A stretch of DNA of 31,756 nucleotides from a candidate division WOR-3 bacterium (lineage in GTDB: Bacteria > Hydrothermota > Tepidihabitantia > Tepidihabitantales > Tepidihabitantaceae). Below are positions 7,542 to 16,680 of this stretch, in pieces. The notes under the pieces are model-generated. The model was not told the DNA's origin. It was given only the letters and a program-made list of their open reading frames with translations, and made no database searches. Position 1 is the first letter of the stretch; each line of letters starts with the position of its first letter. The stretch spans positions 1-31,756 of the forward strand of contig CBFGIT010000029.1 in assembly GCA_965648905.1 (NCBI GenBank). Reading direction: 5' to 3'. A program made the position numbers and the translations under genes.

Positions 7542-10500
7542 CTAGTCCTGGATGACCAGTTTCTGCGTGGCAGCAGTGCCAGCCGAGGTCAGGCTGACAA
7601 AGTAGACCCCGGGCGCAAGCGAACAGAGGTCGAGCGCGAATGATGAAGTCCGAAGGTCGAATGACGAGTGAAGGACAAGTCGGCCGGCGGCGTCGAAGAT
7701 ACTGAGGAGAGCAGAGGACGAGTTCAGATTGCAGAATGCAGATTGCACATTGCAGAACAGAACAACCGAGCCGCGTGCCGGGTTGGGGCTGACCTGGAAT
7801 GCGACACGCCGGTTATCGGGCAATACCCGTTCCTCGGCGAATCCCGGAATCGGCACGTCGGTCGTGAACTTGATTGCCCGGCCCGAGTAGATGGGCGCGG
7901 CTGCGGCGTGGTAAGAATTGCGGTAGAGCAGGGTCATGCCGATAGTGTTGGTCGAGTCCTGGAGTCCGACCGTGCTCGTGGTCATGCTTCGGTTGTACCG
8001 GTACTGGAACATGAACTCGTTGTTGCCGTCGGCCGCGGCCAGGGTTGAGTCGTAGAGGATGAACTGGAACTTGTCGAACTGGGTCGAGCGTGCCCGATAG
8101 TGAACCGAGTCCCATTCGACGATGAGGCGGTGGCCGGCTGAGTCAAGGGCGTAGAGGACACCGCCGCCATAAGGCGGGTACAGGTCGTCCCAGTTGACCG
8201 CGATGAGCGGCGTGCCGACCTGAGCCGGAAGGCGGCGGCTGGCATAGCCGGTGAACGTGGTTGTGCCGGGCGCAACCCAGCCGTTGGCGCAGACCGAGAG
8301 TCGGGTGTACCGCTGGCCGTAGTAGTAGAACGGGCCGAAGGTCTCGGGCAGGTCGAGCGTGACCGTGGTATTGTCGCCGAGGGTGAGGCGCGTGCCTGAG
8401 CCGCGGAGCTCGACCCAGGAGAAGTCCGGATGTTCGGCGTAGGCGGTGTCGGTGTCGTCAAATGCCCAGTAGAGCGCCGGTACGCGCGGCCCGTCCGGCA
8501 CCGGGTCGCGGTTCGTGGTGATGCCGACGACGATGCCGAACCCAAACCGCCACTGCCGGCCCGGTGCCGAGACGATGAGGCTGCAGGGGATTTCGGTCTG
8601 GGGCACCATGTTGCCGGCGCGAACGACGAATGGGTTGGAGCTGTTGCTGGTGGCGGTTCCCGGGCCGGCATCGGGTAGAAGGGCGAGCGAGTCCTCGACC
8701 GACAGACGCGGGTCGAGCGAGCGGAGCGTTGCCCGCAGGTTCAGGGCCGTGCCCTGGCCGGAGTTGTATAAGGTGACGCGCAGGGCCGCGGCTTCGTTCG
8801 GGTCGAAGCGCTGGTTGCCGTTGCCCTCAAGCTCGACAATCGAGGTGTCGGTGAGCTCGAGTGCAGGCAGGCCGACCGGAACGCGAAAACGTGAGTCCCA
8901 GACATGCGGGCCCGAGGCGCAGCGCAGGTTCATGAGCAAGTTGCGGCCCTCAGGACACGTCGGGCCGACGCGGCAGCGAAACCCGGTGCCCGGCGTCAGC
9001 AGCGAGTCGTCGGGCAGGACCGTGCCGAGCAGGCACGTGGAGTCGAGCACCAGAGCCAGCGTGTCAAGCGTTGAGAGGGTAGCGGTGACCGAGCCGGCCG
9101 CGGAGTCGCCCCAGTTCCTGACCCAGACCGGCAGGTCAAAGGTTTCGCCCGGAGAAATGCAGCTATCGCCGTTGCCGCCGGGCGCCGGGTCGGAGATGAC
9201 ATACCGGTGATACGCGCAGAACGGGCCACCCTGGATTTCTAGGCGACAGGAACCAGAGTAAGGCCTGAGGTTCGGGCCGGTGACCGTGACCTGCATCAGG
9301 CCGGGTCGGTTGGAGCTGATATCAAGCTCGGCCCGACCTGATGAGTCGGTCGTGTCGATGACGTAGACCGCGGTGTCCATCCAGCAGCAGACGATTGCCC
9401 CTGCAACCGGTTGCCCCTCAGTCAGCACCGCGACCGGAAAGAGCGGCCCGCCGAGCCGGTACAGGGAGTCATGGGTAACGGTAATGGTGCGCGGCGGCCT
9501 GGTCCAGAGCGCAAGGTCAGGGTCGCCAAGCAGGCACCACTCGACGTATCGGTCACGCCGGTGGTAGAGCGAGTCGACTCGGAACCGGGCGCGGAGCGTG
9601 GCCGCGCCGAGCGAACCTGCGCCTTCGCTGAAGACTGCATCGAAGAAGCCACGATAGACCGCGCTGCGATACTGGGACAGCTCGTATCCGCTCATGCTTG
9701 TACCGAAGAACGCGACCATGCCGCCGAGCCCGGCCTCAGAGCCGTAGCGGAGACAGGCGTTGCCGAGCATCACTTCAGAAGGGGCGAGCGTGATGGTTTC
9801 GCAGGTGGCGGAGATGACAATCGGCATCCGGCCGCGGTTCTGCCAGGTTGCATCCGGGAAGAACGTGTAGTAGGGCATCGACCAGACCCCGCCGGCAACG
9901 CCACGATAGGTGATGTAGGCCCGACCGTCGTTCAGCGCGGTGACGACCCGGGTCGTGCTGCCGCTCGGGCCAAAGCTGTCAATCCGCGTGTAGCCGGCAG
10001 TACGCCACAGTTGGTGGGCGTGGCGCGAGTCGGTGAAGTAGTACGGGTCAGGGTTGAGCGAGTCATCTTCGGCGACGATGGTTGTGCCCTGACGATACCA
10101 GATGGTGTCGGTAACCGGTGGCGTGCGCTCGTAGGCCAGGATTTTGGCGACCATTGCGCGGCACTCGGAGACGTTCTCTGCCGGCAGACGTCCGACCGCA
10201 ATTTCCATCCGGTAGTCACCCTGCATGTTGCCGTAGTAGCAGTCGTCGTCGTTGTTGTTGCCGGGAAGGTGACGGGGTGCGCAACAGAGCAGGAGGTTCT
10301 CGGGTCGGGTGGGCCAGTTGGCCCAGGCGTTGCGCACGTAGTTCTGGACCTGGGTTGGCGTGGTGCCGGTAACCGAGAGCGGCACGACCCGGGCAGACAT
10401 GCCTTTGCTGGTCTTCCATTCGGCGAGCGGCTGAACCACGGACACGTACTCGTCGGCAGCGATGATGAGATAGCGGCAGCCCGTGCCCAACTGAGCCGGA

Positions 10501-10556
10501 AGTCTGGCTCCGGCTGAGAGCAGAGCCAAAATGACCAGACCGGGAGTCGGGCGCAC
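7542..10556 (-). CDS. Secreted C25 (gingipain-like) peptidase-domain protein with Ig-like domains and T9SS-like CTD
   Basis: YLIIAAD..LAEWK..KG, DCYYG...EIAVGRLP, SATC, LLGDP motifs; GNGD..ISPGE Ig modules; SPNP...GVYFV...KLVIQD C-terminus. Confidence 0.85.
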   Translation of the reverse strand: MRPTPGLVILALLSAGARLPAQLGTGCRYLIIAADEYVSVVQPLAEWKTSKGMSARVVPLSVTGTTPTQVQNYVRNAWANWPTRPENLLLCCAPRHLPGNNNDDDCYYGNMQGDYRMEIAVGRLPAENVSECRAMVAKILAYERTPPVTDTIWYRQGTTIVAEDDSLNPDPYYFTDSRHAHQLWRTAGYTRIDSFGPSGSTTRVVTALNDGRAYITYRGVAGGVWSMPYYTFFPDATWQNRGRMPIVISATCETITLAPSEVMLGNACLRYGSEAGLGGMVAFFGTSMSGYELSQYRSAVYRGFFDAVFSEGAGSLGAATLRARFRVDSLYHRRDRYVEWCLLGDPDLALWTRPPRTITVTHDSLYRLGGPLFPVAVLTEGQPVAGAIVCCWMDTAVYVIDTTDSSGRAELDISSNRPGLMQVTVTGPNLRPYSGSCRLEIQGGPFCAYHRYVISDPAPGGNGDSCISPGETFDLPVWVRNWGDSAAGSVTATLSTLDTLALVLDSTCLLGTVLPDDSLLTPGTGFRCRVGPTCPEGRNLLMNLRCASGPHVWDSRFRVPVGLPALELTDTSIVELEGNGNQRFDPNEAAALRVTLYNSGQGTALNLRATLRSLDPRLSVEDSLALLPDAGPGTATSNSSNPFVVRAGNMVPQTEIPCSLIVSAPGRQWRFGFGIVVGITTNRDPVPDGPRVPALYWAFDDTDTAYAEHPDFSWVELRGSGTRLTLGDNTTVTLDLPETFGPFYYYGQRYTRLSVCANGWVAPGTTTFTGYASRRLPAQVGTPLIAVNWDDLYPPYGGGVLYALDSAGHRLIVEWDSVHYRARSTQFDKFQFILYDSTLAAADGNNEFMFQYRYNRSMTTSTVGLQDSTNTIGMTLLYRNSYHAAAAPIYSGRAIKFTTDVPIPGFAEERVLPDNRRVAFQVSPNPARGSVVLFCNVQSAFCNLNSSSALLSIFDAAGRLVLHSSFDLRTSSFALDLCSLAPGVYFVSLTSAGTAATQKLVIQD

Positions 10557-10559
10557 GTG

Positions 10560-12062
10560 CTAGTCAGCGATGACGAATTTGGCCGACGCAGCCAGCCCTT
10601 CAAGACACAACAGGTATACGCCAGGACCGAGGCCGCAAAGGTCAAGCGGGAATGACGAAGTCCGAATGTCGAGTGACGAATGATGGACAAGACGGCCGGC
10701 GGCGTCGAAGACACTAAGGAGAGCAGTGGACGAGTTCAGATTGCAGAATGCAGATTGCAGATTGCGGAGCAGAACAACGGAGCCGCGCGCCGGGTTAGGG
10801 CTGACCGAGAGAATGCTGCGCCGGGCAAGAAGTGCGGGGTGTTCGGCGAGTCCGGTCAGGGCGTTAGTCGAGAACCAGATTTCGGCCTTGGTGTTGCGCA
10901 TGTCCTGCCAGGCAAGGTAGGCATAGCCCTGGTCGTCAACAGCAATGGTCGGGTCCCACTGCTGAACCAGCGGCAGGAGACTGACCGGCTCACGTTCGTC
11001 CCAGGTGACACCAGCATCAGTTGACCGGGTGTAGTAGATGTTCCAGATTGTGGTCTGGCGGTCGGCAATCATCAGGCCGGTGTGGACCGTGTTCTCCGAG
11101 TCAATCGCGAGCTTGGCGCCGTTGACAAAGGAGCTGTAGATGGTGTCGAGTTCGGTGACCATGACCTGCGGGCCCCATGAGTCCTGGGGTGTGTAGAGAG
11201 TGCGGGCCATGGTGACGCACTGATTCCCGTAGCCGTTGCCGCCGTAGTCGGTAATGATATGACCGACATCGGCAACGACGTGGGGCTGCTGTGAATAGCC
11301 GGAAAAAGTGTCGAGCTGGCATCCGGGCGAGAAAGTGCGGCCTAGGTCGGTTGACCGGTAGAAGTGGGAGTGAAGGACAATGCCCGAAGGGTAGCGAACC
11401 GGTGCAACCGCAGTGACGAGGTAGTGGTTTGTGCCGGGCTGGACATAGCAGTCCGGCGGGTAGCAGTTGAACGAAACCGTGTCGTCGTCCACGCGCACGT
11501 CCTGACCCCAGGTGCGGCCCTGGTCCGTGGAAACGTCAGAGTAGACCCGCAGGTACTGGCCCCGCTGGTCGGTCCAGGTGCAGAACAGGTTGCCCAGCGT
11601 GTCGAGCGCAAGCCGGGCCCAGCCGACGGCAACGCGCGACGGGTTGTCGTCAACCTGCACGGGCGCGGACCAGGTGCGGCCCGAGTCGGTGGAGCGGGTT
11701 GCGACGATGCGGCCCCGGCTGCCGTCAATCCGGTCGGTGATGACAAGGCAGAGCGTGCCGTCCGGGCCGACTTTCAAGTCCGGATAGCAGGCAAAGCGGT
11801 TGCCGCGAAGGACGATGATATTCTCTGGCAGCCAGGTCTGGCCAAAGTCGGTCGAGCGTTGGAACGCGATGTCGCTCGAAACAATCGTGAACGGGACCGA
11901 GTCGTCCTCAAACGCGCAGTAGATGGTCGGGTTCGGGCCCGGACTGACGGCAATGTCGGCGTGGTAGCAGGCATGACCGGGCCGGTCTTCCCGGTCAAGG
12001 CGCACAGCCGGGCAAAAGGTCGTGACCAGCAAGGCAGAAGCAAGCAGGAATGACGAAAGCAT
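10560..12062 (-). CDS. Secreted Asp-box (BNR) sialidase-like beta-propeller with T9SS-like CTD, paralog 3
   Basis: Five STDxGxT(W/F) Asp boxes; signal peptide; CTD. Confidence 0.85.
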   Translation of the reverse strand: MLSSFLLASALLVTTFCPAVRLDREDRPGHACYHADIAVSPGPNPTIYCAFEDDSVPFTIVSSDIAFQRSTDFGQTWLPENIIVLRGNRFACYPDLKVGPDGTLCLVITDRIDGSRGRIVATRSTDSGRTWSAPVQVDDNPSRVAVGWARLALDTLGNLFCTWTDQRGQYLRVYSDVSTDQGRTWGQDVRVDDDTVSFNCYPPDCYVQPGTNHYLVTAVAPVRYPSGIVLHSHFYRSTDLGRTFSPGCQLDTFSGYSQQPHVVADVGHIITDYGGNGYGNQCVTMARTLYTPQDSWGPQVMVTELDTIYSSFVNGAKLAIDSENTVHTGLMIADRQTTIWNIYYTRSTDAGVTWDEREPVSLLPLVQQWDPTIAVDDQGYAYLAWQDMRNTKAEIWFSTNALTGLAEHPALLARRSILSVSPNPARGSVVLLRNLQSAFCNLNSSTALLSVFDAAGRLVHHSSLDIRTSSFPLDLCGLGPGVYLLCLEGLAASAKFVIAD

Positions 12063-13592
12063 CTAGTCCTTGAGCAAGACCAGCCGGGTTGAGGCAGACT
12101 CTCCGCCGCAATTGACTTCGGCCATGTAGACCCCGGCCGCAAGCGGGCAGAGGTCGAGCGCCAATGCCGAAGTCCGAATGTCGAATGACGAATGATGGAC
12201 AAGTCGGCCCGAGGCGTCGAAGATACGAAGGAGAGCAGAGGACGAGTTCAGATTGCAGAAAGCAGAATGCAGATTGCAGAACCGAACAACCGAGCCGCGT
12301 ACCGGGTTGGGGCTGATTGAAAGGGTGCTGCGCCGGGCAATGGGTGCGGGGTGTTCGGCCATGCCGGTCACGGCGTTGGTTGAGAACCGGATTTCCTGGC
12401 GGTTGTTCCGGCCGTCCTGCCAGACAAAGTAGGCAAACCCGGTTGAGTCGACCGCGATGTCCGGGTCCGACTGGCTGCTCACGCTGTCTTCGTTCACCCG
12501 CTCACGGTCAGACCATGATGCGCCGTGGTCAGCAGACAAGCCATAGAATATGCCGTACTGCATGGCTGTAAGGCTGAATATCATCAGGGCGATGTGGACC
12601 CGGCTGTCGGCCGAGATGGCAAGCTTGTTCCCATTCAGTTCGGAAACGTGGAGCGAATCGAGGTACGTTACCGGCACGCGCGGGCCCCATGTGTCGGGCA
12701 CGGTGTAAAGGGTACGGGCTTCGGTTCTGCTCTGGTTGCCCGAGGATGAACTGGTTCCGGTGTAGTTGCAGATGATGTGCTCAGCGTCCGCGACAACGTG
12801 CGGCTGGCCGCAGTAGCCGTCAAACAAGTCAAGCTGCACACCGGGTTGGAACGTCCGGCCCAGGTCGGTGGACCGATAGAAGTAGGAATGATAGCCAATC
12901 TGGCCCGGTCTGACCCAGTAGGGCGAACTGGCGGTTACAAGCAGGTGGTTGGTTTGAGGCTGGACCGCAACGTCGGTGTGGAAACAGCCCATAGGTACGG
13001 TGTCATCATCCACCCGGACGTTCTGCGACCATGTCGCTCCACGGTCAGTAGAGATTGATGCCCAGATTCGCATCTGGCCGGTCTGGTTGCCGTTCCAGGC
13101 CGCGAACAGGTTGTCAGCCGAGTCAGCAGCGATGCGGGCCCAGCCGATCGGGACCGGGCTCGGGTTGTCGTCCATCGCCACCGGGCTGGACCACGTTGCG
13201 CCCTGGTCGGTGGAGCGGACGCAGTAGACGTGGCTGTGCAGGTTGTCGACCCCTTCGGTGTACACCACATAGACCGCGCCTCTGGAATCGGTAGTGATGT
13301 CCGGGTAGCAGGCAAAAGCCTGGCCCCGTTTGATGAGAACGTCCTGTGGCAACCACGTAGCACCGCGGTCGGTCGACCGCTGGAACAGGATATCAGAGCG
13401 CTGGGTCACGATCCCGACCATCGAGTCGACCTGGAACGCAACATAGACCGGCTGAGTACCGGCCGGAGCCGGACCAAGAGCGATTGCCCCATGGAAGCAG
13501 CCGTGGTTCGGGCGGTTCTCATGGTCGACCCGCACTGATGGGCAGAACCCGGAGACAATGGCAGTAGTGGCAACCAGCCAGAAGATGACCAC
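12063..13592 (-). CDS. Secreted Asp-box (BNR) sialidase-like beta-propeller with T9SS-like CTD, paralog 2
   Basis: STDRGATW, STDQGATW, STDLGRTF, SADHGASW; signal peptide; CTD. Confidence 0.85.
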   Translation of the reverse strand: MVIFWLVATTAIVSGFCPSVRVDHENRPNHGCFHGAIALGPAPAGTQPVYVAFQVDSMVGIVTQRSDILFQRSTDRGATWLPQDVLIKRGQAFACYPDITTDSRGAVYVVYTEGVDNLHSHVYCVRSTDQGATWSSPVAMDDNPSPVPIGWARIAADSADNLFAAWNGNQTGQMRIWASISTDRGATWSQNVRVDDDTVPMGCFHTDVAVQPQTNHLLVTASSPYWVRPGQIGYHSYFYRSTDLGRTFQPGVQLDLFDGYCGQPHVVADAEHIICNYTGTSSSSGNQSRTEARTLYTVPDTWGPRVPVTYLDSLHVSELNGNKLAISADSRVHIALMIFSLTAMQYGIFYGLSADHGASWSDRERVNEDSVSSQSDPDIAVDSTGFAYFVWQDGRNNRQEIRFSTNAVTGMAEHPAPIARRSTLSISPNPVRGSVVRFCNLHSAFCNLNSSSALLRIFDASGRLVHHSSFDIRTSALALDLCPLAAGVYMAEVNCGGESASTRLVLLKD

Positions 13593-13598
13593 GCTATG

Positions 13599-15137
13599 CT
13601 AGTTGCCCAGATTGACCAGCCGGGTTGTGACCGACTCTCTGCCAGAGTTGACTTCGGCGATGTAGACCCCGGCCGCAAGCGAGCAGAGGTCGAGCGGGAA
13701 CGACGAAGTCCGAATGTCGAATGACGAATGATGGACAAGACGGCCCGAGGCGTCGAAGATACGAAGGAGAGCGGAGGACGAGTTCAGATTGCAGAATGCA
13801 GAATGCAGATTGCAGAGCCGGACAGTTGAGCCACGTGCCGGGTTAGGGCTGACCGACAGGGTGCTGCGCCGGGCAAGGGGTGTGGGGCGTTCCGCAAGTC
13901 CGGTCACGGCATTGGCGGCGAACCAGATTTCGTCGCGTGAGTTGCGCTGGTCCTGCCAGACAACGTAGGCGAACCCGACTGAGTCAGCCGCGATGTCCGG
14001 GTCGGCCTGGACGTTTGTCGTGACGTCGTTGACGATTTCGCGCGGCAGCCAGGTCAGCCCGTGGTCGGTCGAGCGGGCATAGTAGACTTCGTATTCCCAG
14101 GTCACAAGGTCACAGACCATGAGCGAGGCGTGAACCGTGCCCACCGGGTCGACGGCCAGCTTGCCGCCGTTCAGGTATGATGAGTAGAGGGTATCGAGGT
14201 CGGTGACTCTGGCCGGCTCGGTCCAGGTGTTGCCAAGGTCGCTTGATGTCCGGGCTTCGGTTGCCATCTGGTTGCCGCCGCCGCTGCCCGAGTAGTCGCA
14301 GATGATGTGTTCGGCGTCGGCGACGACATGCGGCTGGCCGCAGTAACCCGAGAACGTGTCAAGTGTGACACAAGGCGAGAAGGTCCGACCGCAGTCGGTT
14401 GAGCGGGTGAACGCGGCATCTGAGTTGATGTACCCGGGTCTCATCCAGACCGGGTTCGACGACACAACCAGGTAGGCATTGGTTCCGGGTTGAACAAAGA
14501 CATCGGCATGGTGGCAGTCGCTCGGCACAGTGTCGTCATCGACCCGCACATTGGCTTGCCAGGTGTTGCCGCGGTCAGTGGAAACCGATGACCAGATACG
14601 ATGATAGGTTCCACGTTTGTCGTTCCATGCCGCAAGCAGGTGGCCGGCCGTGTCGACCGCAACCCGGGCCCAGCCGGCGGGAACCGTCGATGGATTGTCG
14701 TCAATCCGGGACGGCACAGTCCAGGTCTCGCCCGCGTCGGTCGAGCGGACGCACCAGAAGTGACCGTTGGAACCGGAAGTCCGCTCGGTATAGACAATGT
14801 AGATGCTGCCGTCCGGGCCGACCGCGATATCCGGGTAGCAGGCAAACAGGTTGCCGAGCTTTATCAGCCGGTCCTCAGGCAGCCAGGTACGGCCATGGTC
14901 GGTTGACTTCTGGAAGTAGACGTCCGAGCGGACCACAACGATGCCGGCGAACGAGTCGTTCTCAAACGCAACGTAGACGTTCTGCCCGGCCGGGCCGGTG
15001 GGGCCGTTGGCAATGGCCGCGTGGTAGCAGCCATGGCTGGGTCGGTTCTCGTGGTCAACGCGGATATTAGGCCCGAACGCGGCTCGGGCCAGACCCGAAG
15101 CAGCGAGCAAGATGAGAAGAACAGCAGTTGGCTTCAT
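13599..15137 (-). CDS. Secreted Asp-box (BNR) sialidase-like beta-propeller with T9SS-like CTD, paralog 1
   Basis: STDHGRTW, STDAGETW, STDRGNTW, STDCGRTF, SSDLGNTW, STDHGLTW; signal peptide; CTD. Confidence 0.87.
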   Translation of the reverse strand: MKPTAVLLILLAASGLARAAFGPNIRVDHENRPSHGCYHAAIANGPTGPAGQNVYVAFENDSFAGIVVVRSDVYFQKSTDHGRTWLPEDRLIKLGNLFACYPDIAVGPDGSIYIVYTERTSGSNGHFWCVRSTDAGETWTVPSRIDDNPSTVPAGWARVAVDTAGHLLAAWNDKRGTYHRIWSSVSTDRGNTWQANVRVDDDTVPSDCHHADVFVQPGTNAYLVVSSNPVWMRPGYINSDAAFTRSTDCGRTFSPCVTLDTFSGYCGQPHVVADAEHIICDYSGSGGGNQMATEARTSSDLGNTWTEPARVTDLDTLYSSYLNGGKLAVDPVGTVHASLMVCDLVTWEYEVYYARSTDHGLTWLPREIVNDVTTNVQADPDIAADSVGFAYVVWQDQRNSRDEIWFAANAVTGLAERPTPLARRSTLSVSPNPARGSTVRLCNLHSAFCNLNSSSALLRIFDASGRLVHHSSFDIRTSSFPLDLCSLAAGVYIAEVNSGRESVTTRLVNLGN

Positions 15138-15190
15138 GATACCTCGTCTGACGACGGTATCACTATGCCCGATTATGCGGGCCGAGTCAA
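15138..15190 (-). promoter_or_regulatory. Promoter of the four-gene secreted-protein operon with a downstream palindrome
   Basis: TTGACT-17-CATAGT on the minus strand, then GATACCgTCGTCaGACGAGGTATC directly before ATG 15137. Confidence 0.55.
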
Positions 15191-15206
15191 CAATGATTGT
15201 CGGGGG

Positions 15207-15746
15207 TCAGCCCGAGGTCTTTTCGAGGCCGACCGCGTAGCCCTTTTCAAAGGCCTCGATGTTCTTCTGCAGCAGCCGGTCGGGCACAGTGCCGGGAATC
15301 GAGTCGAGCACCGCCTGCTTTGGCATCAGCCTGGTGACCGCGATGATGAATCCAATCATCACGAAGTTGGCGTAGAGCCGGTTACCCAGTGACTCGGCGA
15401 TGCGCGTTGCCGGAATAGCGTATTGTCTGATTGTGCCGCGAACCGCGTGAGGCCTGACCAGGTCTTCCTCAATCAGGAGGATGCCGTCTTCCTTCAACTC
15501 CGGTTCGAACTTCTCGTACGCCTCCTGGGACATGGCCACAAGCACGTCGGGTGCGGTAAGGTACGGGTACAGAATCTCAGTCTCGGAGATGACAAGCTGG
15601 GCTGAGCAGGCACCGCCCCGCGCCTCAGGCCCGAAGCTCTGAGTCAGGGTGGCGTTCTGGTTGTTGTTGATGGCCGCAGCCTTGCCCAGGGCCATGCCGA
15701 TGCGGATAATGCCCTGGCCGCCGAAACCGGAAATCTTGATTTCCAT
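15207..15746 (-). CDS. korC: 2-oxoacid:ferredoxin oxidoreductase gamma subunit
   Basis: MEIKISGFGGQG, SFGPEARGGAC; start ATG 15746 abuts the korB stop. Confidence 0.9.
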   Translation of the reverse strand: MEIKISGFGGQGIIRIGMALGKAAAINNNQNATLTQSFGPEARGGACSAQLVISETEILYPYLTAPDVLVAMSQEAYEKFEPELKEDGILLIEEDLVRPHAVRGTIRQYAIPATRIAESLGNRLYANFVMIGFIIAVTRLMPKQAVLDSIPGTVPDRLLQKNIEAFEKGYAVGLEKTSG

Positions 15747-15747
15747 A

Positions 15748-16680
15748 CTACTTGTCTGCTGGAAGCTCTTGCCTGCGCTCAGAGTCGTCCGGGGACATCG
15801 GCCCGACATAAGGTACGTACCTGGCACCGAGCACCTTGCGCAGATGGGCGTCCATCATGTCGAGATAGGTCGGCTCCTCGCGCTGGACAAACTTGCCGAC
15901 GATGATATCCTGCTGGAAGCGGATGTCACACTCGCGGGTGCTGGCGAAGTTCTTGGTGATTGAATGGTCGTGGTAGAACTTCATCAGGTCGAGCCCGGTG
16001 CCGAGTCGGTTGCGCCGGCCGTACACCGTCGGGCACGGCGATATCACCTCGATGAACGAGAAGCCGCGGTGGTTCATCGCCTCTTTGATGGCGACGGTGA
16101 GCTGACGAACGTGGAGCGCGGTCCACCGAGCAACGTAGGTCGCGCCGCAGGAATCGACCAGGAACGGGATGTTGAAGGGCCGCTCGAAGCTGCCGTAGGG
16201 CGAGGTTGTGGTATTGGCGGTCTGAGGCGTGGTTGGTGCGGTCTGGCCGCCGGTCATGGCGTAGTTGAAGTTGTTGACACAGATGATGGTCATGTCCATG
16301 TTGCGGCGGGCGGCGTGAATCAGGTGGTTGCCGCCGATCGAGACGATATCGCCGTCGCCAGAGATGATACAGACCTTGAGCCGCGGGTTGGCGAGTTTGA
16401 GCCCGGTGGCATAGGGCAAAGCACGGCCGTGGGTCGTGTGGAACGAGTCGAATTTCAGGTAGCCTGCGGCCCGGCCCGTGCAGCCGATGCCGGAGACGAT
16501 GGCGATGTCCTCGCGCGGAATCGAGTTTTCCCGCACCGCGGCGATGAACGCGGTCAGAATCGTGCCCAGTCCGCAGGTCGAGCACCAGATGTGCGGTATG
16601 CGGTCCATGCGCAGGAAGTCCTCCATCGGATGATGGTCGGGCGTCCCGCGGGCCGTCGCCAACTGGTTCGGTTCCATCAT
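15748..16680 (-). CDS. korB: 2-oxoacid:ferredoxin oxidoreductase beta subunit (TPP-binding)
   Basis: WCSTCG, SGIGC, HTTHGR, GDGD...NN, YAMTGGQ, SPCP; ATGATG overlaps the korA stop. Confidence 0.92.
   Translation of the reverse strand: MMEPNQLATARGTPDHHPMEDFLRMDRIPHIWCSTCGLGTILTAFIAAVRENSIPREDIAIVSGIGCTGRAAGYLKFDSFHTTHGRALPYATGLKLANPRLKVCIISGDGDIVSIGGNHLIHAARRNMDMTIICVNNFNYAMTGGQTAPTTPQTANTTTSPYGSFERPFNIPFLVDSCGATYVARWTALHVRQLTVAIKEAMNHRGFSFIEVISPCPTVYGRRNRLGTGLDLMKFYHDHSITKNFASTRECDIRFQQDIIVGKFVQREEPTYLDMMDAHLRKVLGARYVPYVGPMSPDDSERRQELPADK

Noticed and set aside
7602..13860. Diversity-generating retroelement TR/VR pairs in the repeated CTD segments
   Set aside because: No reverse transcriptase or Avd in the window, differences are not adenine-specific, and all copies are coding
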